The translations under genes and the position numbers were made by a program. The notes beneath the pieces are model-generated. The model worked only from the letters and a program-made list of their open reading frames with translations. It ran no database searches and had not been told where the DNA came from. Positions 1 through 9,690 of a stretch of 25,709 nt of DNA are shown piece after piece. Positions within the stretch are counted from its first letter, which is position 1, and the number at the start of each line of letters is the position of its first letter. The DNA is from an uncultured Fibrobacterales bacterium (GTDB lineage Bacteria; Fibrobacterota; Fibrobacteria; Fibrobacterales; CAWVXU01). The DNA lies in contig CAWVXU010000033.1 of the NCBI GenBank assembly GCA_963934255.1, forward strand, positions 1 through 25,709, given 5' to 3'.

Positions 1-1583
1 GTATGACTTGACTTCTGTGATGAAACTTTATGCCAAACCTTATTAATCAATTCGAATAATGCATCAATCTTAAGTGAAAAAATCATTACAAGAAAACCAA
101 TAAGTGACACTCCAAAAACAAGTGGGATATAGAAGAGCAAGCCTAAACGACTGACCTCTTCCATGTCAAGTGTAATTGAAAATGCCTTTGCAGCATAATA
201 TAAAGCAATTGAAGGAAGAATAAGCTTAAGAGAGGTAAATATTACACCTTTGTAAGCCGGAGATGGGTGTTTCATGATCCACATCACACTCAGGCTTAAA
301 AATTGTAAGGACACAGTAATTGATGAAATTATAGGAACCCGAATACTACCCATCTCTTCCATCAAAGAATAAAGTGGTAAAGAAATTAAAAACGCAAGTG
401 CCGTCAAAATCGACGGTGTCCATGTGTCTTTCTTGGCATAAAAAGAACGACTGATTATTAATAGTGCAGACATAGGGATCGCAGAAAGCAAATAATATTT
501 CAAAGCCAGTGATACTCGCGCAATTGAATCTTCACCAAAGGCGCCCCCACCTAGATAAAGTCTCACTAAAGGCTCTGCTAAGGCCGCTGTTATTATGCAC
601 ATGGGCAATAGTAAAACAATGATTTTTTCGACTGTCCCAAAGACTAACTCATTGACTTTACTGAAATTTCTGTCTTGACACAACCGGGCCATGAGGGGGT
701 ATCCTGCGACACCCACTGCTCCTCCAAAAACCCCAACAAGTGCCATGTTAATTCTTAGTCCAAAACCAAGACTTGAAATATCACCCTCACCTGTACCACC
801 AAAATATTTGTAAACAAATTCAGAGCTAAAACTCGCTCCCACGGCTAATAAAAACGGCATAGTAAGAAGTAAGTATTGTCTGAGCTCAGGGCTCCAGCAA
901 ACTTTAGGATAGGACCAAACAAATCCACTTTTGGTTGCACCCCAAACTTGGACCAAAAAATTACCGATTAGAGAGGCAATCAAAACACCCCAACAAAATC
1001 CATCTAATGAGCCATCACCCCAATAAATAGAAATGACTCCACCTAATATGATACCCATGTTGTAAAGTAGTGGAGCAAGTGCAGGGAACACATAATTATT
1101 TCGAGCATATTGGAAGGCCAAGAAAAATCCGCCGCCGACAAAAGACACTTGGGCAAAAAGTAAAATACGCGTGTATCTCACTGCTTCATCAACGATGTAT
1201 TGTGCTAGTGGTTCACTTGTTAATAAAGGGATAATGCTTTCCATAAATACAAAGCAAACAATACTGATGACAACAACCAAAACAAGTATTGGCCACAGAA
1301 TTTTATGAATAATCTCTGAGGCTTCCTCAAGAGGGCTTCGCCCTTTGGGGTCACTTTTGGTGAGGGCTGGAGTAATTAATGGAATCAGAGTTATTGACAT
1401 CAACCCGGCTCCCAAAAAATGATTAATTAAATCGGGTAAAGTAAAAGCAAGATTATAAGCATCTACACGCCAACTTGTTCCGCCGGCTTGAGCTAAGACA
1501 AAATCTCGCAGCAGACCTAGTACTTTGGAGAGTATGTTGGAGCCCGCCAAAATCAACGTTGCAAATGTTAAACTTCTGGCCAT
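1..1583 (-). CDS. murJ: Lipid II flippase MurJ/MviN (3' end runs off the window)
   Basis: Not in the ORF track. Translating from ATG at 1583 gives MARSLTFATLILAGSNILSKVLGLLRDFVLAQAGGTSWRVDAYNLAFTLPDLINHFLGAGLMSITLIP, the MurJ N-terminal signature (SxxLGLxRD...DAY..AFxLP). The frame is still open at the window edge (about 527 codons). Confidence 0.92.
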   Translation of the reverse strand, partial: MARSLTFATLILAGSNILSKVLGLLRDFVLAQAGGTSWRVDAYNLAFTLPDLINHFLGAGLMSITLIPLITPALTKSDPKGRSPLEEASEIIHKILWPILVLVVVISIVCFVFMESIIPLLTSEPLAQYIVDEAVRYTRILLFAQVSFVGGGFFLAFQYARNNYVFPALAPLLYNMGIILGGVISIYWGDGSLDGFCWGVLIASLIGNFLVQVWGATKSGFVWSYPKVCWSPELRQYLLLTMPFLLAVGASFSSEFVYKYFGGTGEGDISSLGFGLRINMALVGVFGGAVGVAGYPLMARLCQDRNFSKVNELVFGTVEKIIVLLLPMCIITAALAEPLVRLYLGGGAFGEDSIARVSLALKYYLLSAIPMSALLIISRSFYAKKDTWTPSILTALAFLISLPLYSLMEEMGSIRVPIISSITVSLQFLSLSVMWIMKHPSPAYKGVIFTSLKLILPSIALYYAAKAFSITLDMEEVSRLGLLFYIPLVFGVSLIGFLVMIFSLKIDALFELINKVWHKVSSQKSSH

Positions 1584-1600
1584 TGATTTAGCTCACTTTA

Positions 1601-1627
1601 TTTGGAGAGTTTGGAAAGTTTGGAAAG
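1601..1627. repeat. 9-bp tandem repeat x3 in the mlaE-murJ spacer
   Basis: TTTGGAGAG TTTGGAAAG TTTGGAAAG read directly. Confidence 0.8.
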
Positions 1628-1634
1628 GCGTTGT

Positions 1635-2432
1635 TTAAAGTAAAAGTTTTGAAACAAGAAACCCTGAAATTAAAATACAAGTCATTGAGTATACTACAGA
1701 TGATTTAGTTGATGCCCCAACACCTTCGGCTCCACCTGTGGTCTTGAAACCAAAATAACAAGCGAATGTCGCAATGATATATCCAAAGACTATTGATTTA
1801 ATCAACCCTACAATTAAATCCCAATCTTTGTAAAAAAGCTTTACGCCTTTAAAGAAGATTTCCATTTCAAGGCCTTTGACCATGTAGGCCACAGCATAAG
1901 CTCCAAGAATTGCAACAAATGAAGAAATAATAGTCAAAACCGGAAGCATGATAACCGCAGCTACAACTCGAGGTGCAAGTAGATAACGATAAGGATTTAA
2001 ATTGAGGCACTTCATGGCGTCTAATTGTTCAGTCACAGACATCGTTGCAAGCTCGGCACACATTGCTGCACCAATTCGACCAGCCATTACAAGCGCAGTC
2101 AAAATAGGGCCAAGTTCAATCAAAACTGATTTGCCTACTGCTGTTCCGATATAAAGTTCTGGAACAAGGTCAGCAAATTGATAAGCCATTTGATAAGCTG
2201 AAACACCACCTGTAAAAATAGACGTTGTGGCGACCAGTGGAATAGAAGTAATTCCAATGACATACATTTGTTCAACTGTGAAATGAAAATTCAATAATAC
2301 ATGAGGGATTTTTTTGGAAACCTCAACTTGAAAAACGAGTAATTCCCAAGCACCTACGATAGTCTTTCTCGTATTTACACCTACCATTGTGGCCAAATTG
2401 TCCGATATACGGATGATACTTGAATTGCTCAT
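1635..2432 (-). CDS. mlaE: MlaE-family ABC permease (MCE lipid transport)
   Basis: Motifs ELGPILTALVMAGRIGAAMCAELATMSVTEQLDAM, LLAPR and GGAEGVG. Confidence 0.93.
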   Translation of the reverse strand: MSNSSIIRISDNLATMVGVNTRKTIVGAWELLVFQVEVSKKIPHVLLNFHFTVEQMYVIGITSIPLVATTSIFTGGVSAYQMAYQFADLVPELYIGTAVGKSVLIELGPILTALVMAGRIGAAMCAELATMSVTEQLDAMKCLNLNPYRYLLAPRVVAAVIMLPVLTIISSFVAILGAYAVAYMVKGLEMEIFFKGVKLFYKDWDLIVGLIKSIVFGYIIATFACYFGFKTTGGAEGVGASTKSSVVYSMTCILISGFLVSKLLL

Positions 2433-3343
2433 TCTTTATGAATATTAGAAAAGTCACCTCTAGGTATAAAGAGAAAGAGTGCAATACTGATAATAATCAG
2501 TCCTGACCACTTCAGAGGACCAGCCTCTTCACCTAGAGTTATGATGCCACAAAAGATAGGTATGACACTACCTATTGCAGCTGAAAACGGAACGACAAAG
2601 AGCGCCCTACCGTAAGAAAGTGCCGCTTGAGAGCTAAAAAAGCCGATTATATAGCTAATCGCATAAAATACAATCATAATTCCACTGGTAAGGTCAAGCC
2701 TCGAATACTCGAGCTCTGCACCATTCATCTGTATTAAAACAGCCTTATAGAAAACCGCAGAAATACCGAAACCCATCCCAGCAATAATTGAAAAAAGGTA
2801 CTCACCGCGTCTGTATTCTTGGTTTTTCGTTATTTTCCTAGGCTCAATCTGTTCATTTGATTTGATTTCTGGCTGAGAAAACTTCGCAATTTTGGGAAAC
2901 CAAGAAACTAACACTAAGATTAAAACAATGGAAACGAAAATGAACATGACTGGCCAAAAAGCCATACCTAATTGTGAACTGCCATCAACTTTATCCAAAC
3001 TGACACAGACAACACCAAGAGCGACCAAAACAATACCACTCATTGTTTTTTTATCCCAGAATTCTTTAAGAATGAGAATCCCTAAAATGGCAGTCAAACT
3101 GGGGTTAAGAGATAGTAGGGCTTGAACAGTGGAAATAGGCCATTTGGCCAAAGCGTAGTAGTAGGACAATGTTCCAAATACACTCAGGCCAATACCTAAA
3201 AGCCAAGGAATGTTGAGAACCGTACCCCTGATCATTTCAAAAGTACTTGAAGTTTCTACACGTACTTTGTGTAAGCCTTGTTTTTGGAATATATTTCCAA
3301 TGGCAAAAGCTAAGGCTGCAGAAAAACAAATGATGAATATCAT
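2429..3343 (-). CDS. DMT/EamA-superfamily membrane protein
   Basis: About 9-10 hydrophobic segments in two repeats; motifs ALAKWPISTVQALLSLNP...ILKE and GIITLGE. ATGA overlaps with both neighbours. Confidence 0.8.
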   Translation of the reverse strand: MIFIICFSAALAFAIGNIFQKQGLHKVRVETSSTFEMIRGTVLNIPWLLGIGLSVFGTLSYYYALAKWPISTVQALLSLNPSLTAILGILILKEFWDKKTMSGIVLVALGVVCVSLDKVDGSSQLGMAFWPVMFIFVSIVLILVLVSWFPKIAKFSQPEIKSNEQIEPRKITKNQEYRRGEYLFSIIAGMGFGISAVFYKAVLIQMNGAELEYSRLDLTSGIMIVFYAISYIIGFFSSQAALSYGRALFVVPFSAAIGSVIPIFCGIITLGEEAGPLKWSGLIIISIALFLFIPRGDFSNIHKE

Positions 3344-5643
3344 TGAGCGCTTTTTGCCTTTTCTTTTATTTCTAGTTTTGTTTTCATTTTTATTGGGACA
3401 GCTGATATTGATTGGGTTTCGATATCTGCTTTATTTTTAGTTGGCATTTTCACTTCAGGTGCGGTGCGATAGTTTTCAAGAATCTGGTAGTTCCAGTAGT
3501 TCCCCATCACCTTTTTGATATAATTTCGAGTTTCCCAATAAGTGATTTGCTCAAAAGCAATTTTCTCATCTAACCCTTTATTGGCTTTAAACCATCGCTT
3601 AGTTGGTTTAGGCCCAGCATTATAATTGGCCAGCATATATTCATAACCGCCCTTCCAATCTTTATGTAAATCTTTGAGATATCGAGTACCAAGTCGGATT
3701 GCCATCAAAGGGTTACGAAGTAAGTCATGATTATAAACTTTTGCTAATCCTTCACGTTTTGCAAGCGGAACACCTGTGTATGGCATGATTTGCATTAAAC
3801 CTCTCGCTCCTACAGGTGATGCAATTTGATCATCAAAGATTGACTCTTGACGCATCAAGGCTAGGACAAATGAAGGGTCCACTGGTGATTGGTCGGTGTG
3901 GTTTTTAATCCAAGCCAGATGTGGTCGCGGAAAAGCCACATCATAAAATTGCATCGGAGCCTTATCTAGATACTTGCGTGAAATTTTTCTAATGACGCGA
4001 CGAGCTAAGCGATACGATTGAGCCAAATATCCATGTTTCAAATAAAGCCTTGAATACTTGAGAACAAAGTCCAACCGCCATCTTAAGTTTTTGGGACTAC
4101 TCGCATAGACAAAATCTGCTGCTTCCCATTCGCCCATTTGAAGTAATCGCTCAAAAGTCTCTTGATAAACTGGACTCCATTTATCATCACTAGTCTTAGC
4201 ATCGGTCTTTGTGCGCATCCACTGACCTGCTTCATCATCAGTCATAATCAAAGGAGTGATTGTCGGGATATTTTTGAGATCCATCAAACCATAAGTTTTC
4301 AGGTATTTTCTAGATAAATGTGCGTAATACGAAAGTGGGAAGTCATTAATTGCGCGAATGAATTCAGCCTTGGCTTCTTTTTTACGGCCCAACTTGTATA
4401 ATGCATCGGCTCTTAACATATAAGCCCCATTGGCAGACCAAAGTCCACGACGCTTTTTATATACATCTTCAAAAGTATCAGCGGCTTTTTGCCACTGACC
4501 TTTTTTGTAATACATCATCGCAACTTTAAAAACAGCCCATTTATTCCGTTTATCATCTTTTAACTCTTTATCAATTTTACGATAAAGAGTTTCTGCGCCT
4601 TGAATGTTGCCGGCGCTTTCGTTTTTAGTCGCCGCAGTCCAAATCATTTCAGCAGTTTTTGTGTGCTTGGGAAACTTGACCTTAAATTCCGAATAATATT
4701 TATTTGACTTAGCTAGTTGTTTGTTTTTTTTGTAGGAACGAGCAAGTTGTAGATAAAAAAGTGATAGAGGTTGAGATTTCATATTCACTAATTTTTGATA
4801 ATACTTGGCTGCATTTTTAAAATCAGAAACTCCGTAATAAGCCTTTGCTTTAAGTTGTTCGATTCGCGCTATTTGGTTTTTATCCCAAGAGGTTTGGGCT
4901 TTTTTATTATTCCATTTAGCCAACGTTTTGAAAAATACTTTTGGCTGTCGTGCCGCATCATACTCCAAAATTTTAACCTTTAGTTTTGTGTCTTTTTTAA
5001 CCAAATTTTGAATGACTTTGTTTTTACTCAGCCAAGGCCTAATTGTTTTTTGAATTTCATTTTTATTTGAAGAAATCCCACGAACAAATACATCTGCTTT
5101 TTGAGACTCACTCATATAATCAAAGAGATGCGATTCTATTGACCAACGATCACTACGTTTGACTTTAAAACGAGTAAGCATCAAGGAATCAATTTCTTTA
5201 ATGTTGGGGATATAGCTAGAGTCCAAGACTTTCATATCAAACCACACCTGAATCAAATAGTCAAGCCCAGGTCCACTCTGAATCATTTTGGATGCTTTTG
5301 CCAAAATCGAATCAGCCTGTTTAAAGGACCCTTGTTGAGATAGGGCTTGTGCCATACGAATTTGAAGGTAAGGTTTTAGTTTGGGTAATTCCTTTTCAAC
5401 ACTCTTAAAAAGTTGGATCGCTTTTTGATAATCTTTCAGATTGAGATATTGGGTCCCTCGGATTAATTTAATGCCCATAGTGTCTTTGGCAATCACAGCT
5501 TTGTCAAAGTTACCCGGAAGATAATATGCGGCATGAAAACTATCTGGATGCCAAAATTGAGCATCACTAGATATGTCTGAATTTTGTTTTTGAGCACTTA
5601 GGATCTGTAACAATGTTAAAACACTCAGTAAAAAAAACTTCAC
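3340..5643 (-). CDS. slt: Soluble lytic murein transglycosylase with TPR region (Slt-like)
   Basis: Signal peptide, TPR-like helical repeats, and a C-terminal SLT domain with RQES, GARGLMQIMP, NYNAGP and ETRNYIKKV. GTG start. Confidence 0.9.
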   Translation of the reverse strand: MKFFLLSVLTLLQILSAQKQNSDISSDAQFWHPDSFHAAYYLPGNFDKAVIAKDTMGIKLIRGTQYLNLKDYQKAIQLFKSVEKELPKLKPYLQIRMAQALSQQGSFKQADSILAKASKMIQSGPGLDYLIQVWFDMKVLDSSYIPNIKEIDSLMLTRFKVKRSDRWSIESHLFDYMSESQKADVFVRGISSNKNEIQKTIRPWLSKNKVIQNLVKKDTKLKVKILEYDAARQPKVFFKTLAKWNNKKAQTSWDKNQIARIEQLKAKAYYGVSDFKNAAKYYQKLVNMKSQPLSLFYLQLARSYKKNKQLAKSNKYYSEFKVKFPKHTKTAEMIWTAATKNESAGNIQGAETLYRKIDKELKDDKRNKWAVFKVAMMYYKKGQWQKAADTFEDVYKKRRGLWSANGAYMLRADALYKLGRKKEAKAEFIRAINDFPLSYYAHLSRKYLKTYGLMDLKNIPTITPLIMTDDEAGQWMRTKTDAKTSDDKWSPVYQETFERLLQMGEWEAADFVYASSPKNLRWRLDFVLKYSRLYLKHGYLAQSYRLARRVIRKISRKYLDKAPMQFYDVAFPRPHLAWIKNHTDQSPVDPSFVLALMRQESIFDDQIASPVGARGLMQIMPYTGVPLAKREGLAKVYNHDLLRNPLMAIRLGTRYLKDLHKDWKGGYEYMLANYNAGPKPTKRWFKANKGLDEKIAFEQITYWETRNYIKKVMGNYWNYQILENYRTAPEVKMPTKNKADIETQSISAVPIKMKTKLEIKEKAKSAQ

Positions 5644-5649
5644 TTTGAA

Positions 5650-7539
5650 TCACTCCTTAGAGTCATGACTTGAATGATTTGATTCATCGAGACTATTTAA
5701 TCCTACAACCTTGCCATCGATACGGACCATTGATGAATCCTTTTCTTCATAATTTTGAATAAAATTACTTGAGATCCCCAGGCCTGAAATACGTTTGGCA
5801 TATTTCTCATATAAGAAAGCATTAATATCTTTGGCACAACTTTTTTGGATACATTCTAAAGCCACTTCGCGCATCTCGATGTAAGTTATTGAACGTATGA
5901 ATTTTTTAGATTCAGGAATCATCCATGGAGACATTGAAAACTCATCTACTCCAAGGCCCGCCATTAGCATCAAACTCAAAGGTTCTGAAGCCATCTCACC
6001 ACAAACCGAAACGAGGATACCCTCTTCGTGAGCAGCATCACAAGTTTCCTTAATCATCCTCAAAATTGCTGGATGATGCGGTTGGTAGAGTTTGGCAATT
6101 TTTTCATTTGAGCGATCAACTGCTAATGCAAATTGAATAAGGTCATTGGTACCTATAGACATAAAGTCGACTTCTTTGGCAAATTCACCAATCATCCAAA
6201 CCACAGAGGGTACTTCTACCATCATTCCAATCTCTACATCCGGATCAAAATCAATTCCCTCAAGAGTTAATTGTTCCATCACACTTTTTAGAATGGCTTT
6301 AGCTTCAAGAAGCTCTTCCATAAATGCAATCATCGGGAACATGATTTTCAAATTACCATAGACTGAGGCCCGAAGTAAAGCTCTCAGCTGCTCTGTGAAA
6401 ATCCACGGATTATCTAGACATACACGAATAGAGCGCCACCCTAAAAACGGATTGGGTTCATCGGATAAAGATAAATTTTTGACCAGCTTGTCACCGCCAG
6501 TATCAATCGTACGAATAGTCACAGGATTAGGTGCAGAAGTACTAATCAACTCTTTATAAATCTCAAATTGTTGTTCTTCATCCGGTAGTGATTTGTTGAA
6601 ATACATAAATTCTGATCTAAATAAACCAACGCCCTCGGCGCCATTTCTAGCCACAGATGGGATCTCCGCAGGAAGCTCTAAGTTGGCATTGAGACATAAA
6701 TGCTTACCATCAATCGTCATGGGAATCCGATTGATTTCTCCAGATAAATCTGCTTGTTTGCGAAGTAAATGAGAAATCCGTGATTCATATATTTCAAGAT
6801 CTTCTTCAGTGGGATTGAGTATCACCAAACCTTTATTGCCATCGACAATTACCGTTTGGCCCATCTTGGCTACCATTGAGATAGTCTTGAGTCCTACAAC
6901 TGAAGGTATTTTGAGGGAACGCGCGATAATGGCAACATGAGAAGTCAAACTTCCCGAATCCATCACCAGAGCTTCAATATTCTCTTCATTACAATTAGCC
7001 AAAAATGATGGTGTAAATGAATGTCCGACATAGACCCCCTGACCTTCATCTTCATCAAGAGCAAATTCAAATTCATTTTCAGTTAAATTTGACATCACGC
7101 GGTTGAACACATCCTGGATATCTTGTACTTTAGATTTGCCAAAATCACCTGGTATGCTTTCAAAAATATCTCGAAATTCCATCACTGCATCAAATAGTGC
7201 GAATTCAACATTGTCAAGATGATTTTCAATTCTTCCTGTCACCCCCTGTATAAAAGTAGGGTCTTGCAGGATCATTCTATGACTCTTAAATATCAGTGCT
7301 TCATCTTCACCAATACTTTCTTCCACTAGTGTACTGACTAATTCAAGTTCTTGAATCGAATTTTTAAGTGCTTTATGAAATTGGTTAATCTCATAAGAGA
7401 CTCTATCTTTGGATACCTTGCGGTGGGTTATCTCTAAAATAACTGGCTTGGCATTGATCACTTTGTGTATAGCTATCCCAGGGGATGCACCTAAACCTTT
7501 GAGCTCTATTCGATCAGACTTCTTCGTGGAATTTGTCAT
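5650..7539 (-). CDS. ptsI: Phosphoenolpyruvate-protein phosphotransferase (PTS enzyme I, no GAF domain)
   Basis: GASPGIA, phospho-His in TSHVAIIARS, GVGLFRSEF, NPFLGWRSIR, SIGTNDLIQF, VCGEMA. Confidence 0.96.
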   Translation of the reverse strand: MTNSTKKSDRIELKGLGASPGIAIHKVINAKPVILEITHRKVSKDRVSYEINQFHKALKNSIQELELVSTLVEESIGEDEALIFKSHRMILQDPTFIQGVTGRIENHLDNVEFALFDAVMEFRDIFESIPGDFGKSKVQDIQDVFNRVMSNLTENEFEFALDEDEGQGVYVGHSFTPSFLANCNEENIEALVMDSGSLTSHVAIIARSLKIPSVVGLKTISMVAKMGQTVIVDGNKGLVILNPTEEDLEIYESRISHLLRKQADLSGEINRIPMTIDGKHLCLNANLELPAEIPSVARNGAEGVGLFRSEFMYFNKSLPDEEQQFEIYKELISTSAPNPVTIRTIDTGGDKLVKNLSLSDEPNPFLGWRSIRVCLDNPWIFTEQLRALLRASVYGNLKIMFPMIAFMEELLEAKAILKSVMEQLTLEGIDFDPDVEIGMMVEVPSVVWMIGEFAKEVDFMSIGTNDLIQFALAVDRSNEKIAKLYQPHHPAILRMIKETCDAAHEEGILVSVCGEMASEPLSLMLMAGLGVDEFSMSPWMIPESKKFIRSITYIEMREVALECIQKSCAKDINAFLYEKYAKRISGLGISSNFIQNYEEKDSSMVRIDGKVVGLNSLDESNHSSHDSKE

Positions 7540-7783
7540 CGAACAACTGCTCCAATTTGTTCATAGTATCAACTTCATCAACACCATCAACAATGACCAA
7601 AACTTCAGAACCTGGGATAACCGCAAGCATCATAACATTGAGAATGCTCTTAGCATTGGCCGTCACGCTTTGATAGCGAAAGCTCACTTCGCATTCAACT
7701 CGAGAAGTAAGCTCAACAATCATCCCTGCGGGGCGAGCGTGAATTCCTTGACGGTTTTGAACCACTAATATTTTTTCAATCAT
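7514..7783 (-). CDS. ptsH: Phosphocarrier protein HPr
   Basis: GIHARPA (His15) and NAKSIL (Ser46); overlaps the enzyme I start by 26 bp. Confidence 0.95.
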   Translation of the reverse strand: MIEKILVVQNRQGIHARPAGMIVELTSRVECEVSFRYQSVTANAKSILNVMMLAVIPGSEVLVIVDGVDEVDTMNKLEQLFDDKFHEEV

Positions 7784-7823
7784 TTAAGCCTCAAAAGCTC
7801 CAATTAAGTAAATCGTATTTGAA

Positions 7824-8738
7824 CTAAAATATATCAACATTGACATCAAGACCATCAGTAATGATCACTCTAAATAATGAATCTGCCGCATTAAGAGTTC
7901 CGGAAATGTCATTGTAGAATTCTTTATCATTAAGAAGGGCACCAGCTGTATTGTCACTTTTTTCTAGTCGCGAGGTAATTACCATAAGCTTGGCAGTTAT
8001 TGAGTCTGCTGAAAGCATCACTTTTGCAGCATCGACAGTCAATGCATTTGATTTAGCGAGAAGATCTTGCACAGGCTCTTTATTTTCGTCAAGCATGGTA
8101 TTTACTTTTTCCGAAGCCAACTTAAGGTTGTTTAGTGAAGCACTTAAGACTGGGTCAGTTTCATCAAGCATCTTGGCGAGTTTGTTTTCTAAAGCTTCTG
8201 CATTATCAATAATGTTATGAAATGACCTTTTGAATTTCTCAGTTCCTATTGTACTATCAACCACTGAACGAACAGTAGAAAGCAAAGTACGTGTGGAGTC
8301 AAAAACTTCACCGGCATAGGCCATGGCTTCACTTATACCTGCATCAAGCTGTCCACTGACAACAGAGCCAGGTTGGATGTTCTTGGGAGAGTCGCCCATT
8401 AAAATGCCTACCTGACGTTCACCCAAAAGACCAATGTTTTGAATCTTAATAGTTGAATTCAAGGGAATCTCAATAGAATCAAGTACTTGAATTGTCACTT
8501 GAACTTGACGCTGTTTGGTTTGCAACTGAAGATCTGTCACTTTACCGACTTTGACTCCATTGACTTTGACGGGATCACCCTTGGTCAATGTAGAGACGTT
8601 ATCAAAGATAATTTGGTAATCGACCGTGGTTTCACCTGGTTTTTTACCATTTAAAAAGTACATGCCGAAAACAAGGATGAAGATAGACACCCAAAGAACA
8701 AGTCCGACAACAAAGTATTTTGATTTTGATGAATTCAT
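7824..8738 (-). CDS. mlaD: MCE/MlaD-family protein with long helical tail (downstream paralog)
   Basis: N-terminal TM, MCE domain (LTKGDPVKVNGVKVGKV...GLLGE), then a helical region. Confidence 0.9.
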   Translation of the reverse strand: MNSSKSKYFVVGLVLWVSIFILVFGMYFLNGKKPGETTVDYQIIFDNVSTLTKGDPVKVNGVKVGKVTDLQLQTKQRQVQVTIQVLDSIEIPLNSTIKIQNIGLLGERQVGILMGDSPKNIQPGSVVSGQLDAGISEAMAYAGEVFDSTRTLLSTVRSVVDSTIGTEKFKRSFHNIIDNAEALENKLAKMLDETDPVLSASLNNLKLASEKVNTMLDENKEPVQDLLAKSNALTVDAAKVMLSADSITAKLMVITSRLEKSDNTAGALLNDKEFYNDISGTLNAADSLFRVIITDGLDVNVDIF

Positions 8739-8787
8739 AGTAAACCCTTATATAATATGAATTTACATATTCATACCAATAATTCAG

Positions 8788-9690
8788 TTAAAAAATATCA
8801 ACATTAATAGTATGTGAACGATTTATTAGCTGATCATGTAAGCCAGTCCAAGAACTTAATGTGCTATCAAGCATTTCTTTGAACTTCGGATCTTCCATCA
8901 TATGGTAAATTGAAGACTCTTTATTAGCCATCATATTGTCTTTGACAGCTAAAAATTGACTCTGAAGCCCAACTAATCCTTGCTTCAAGTGCTCACTTGA
9001 TTCCTTTAAATTCCTAGAATTTGACTCTAACTGGTTCATTTCAGGACCTAATTGAGCTGAAAAATCATTAATCGACAAATTAAGCTCTTTTAAGTCAGCA
9101 ATTAAATCTCTGACATCAGATTCAGAACTTTTTTGAATCTTACCCATTTTGTAGGAAAGCCTAACTGCTTTATTGGTAATTCGCTGCCATGCTTTATATC
9201 TCTTAGGGTGTAGAAGGGTCGAATCAAATACAGCGCCAACTCTATCTAAAATAGTCACAAGCTCGTCGATGGCTTTCATCGCGCTAACAACAATACCTAC
9301 AGAACCTAAGTCGTAAACCCCACTGATTTTGTCACCTATTTGATAAATTTCTGGTGAATCTCCGAGCTCGATATTCAGCACTCTTTCACCAACTAGGCCT
9401 ACATTAATGATACGAATTTTGGAATCTTTAGGGATTTCGACTTTTTCATCAATATTGGCTTTGGCCATTGCAAACCCGGGAGTCAGTTTGACTTCAGTTA
9501 CATAACCTAGGTGCAGGCCGCCTACCCTGACTTTGGCACCAGGGACTAAGGTCCCGAGTTCATCAAAGATGAAAGTATGTTCAGATTTGGCAAAATACGG
9601 AGAACTCGAGTGATTAAAAAACCACATCCCAAAAACCATCAATAAAATACCGACCATGACTAAGGTGAATATTATGTTTTCTTTATTCAT
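8788..9690 (-). CDS. mlaD: MCE/MlaD-family protein with long helical tail (upstream paralog)
   Basis: N-terminal TM, MCE domain (LVPGAKVRVGGLHLGYV...GLVGE), then a heptad-rich tail. Confidence 0.88.
   Translation of the reverse strand: MNKENIIFTLVMVGILLMVFGMWFFNHSSSPYFAKSEHTFIFDELGTLVPGAKVRVGGLHLGYVTEVKLTPGFAMAKANIDEKVEIPKDSKIRIINVGLVGERVLNIELGDSPEIYQIGDKISGVYDLGSVGIVVSAMKAIDELVTILDRVGAVFDSTLLHPKRYKAWQRITNKAVRLSYKMGKIQKSSESDVRDLIADLKELNLSINDFSAQLGPEMNQLESNSRNLKESSEHLKQGLVGLQSQFLAVKDNMMANKESSIYHMMEDPKFKEMLDSTLSSWTGLHDQLINRSHTINVDIF

Noticed and set aside
8756..8775. TATGAAT-N6-ATTCATA inverted repeat between the mlaD genes
   Set aside because: A short, very AT-rich stem in AT-rich DNA; too weak to call an operator or terminator.
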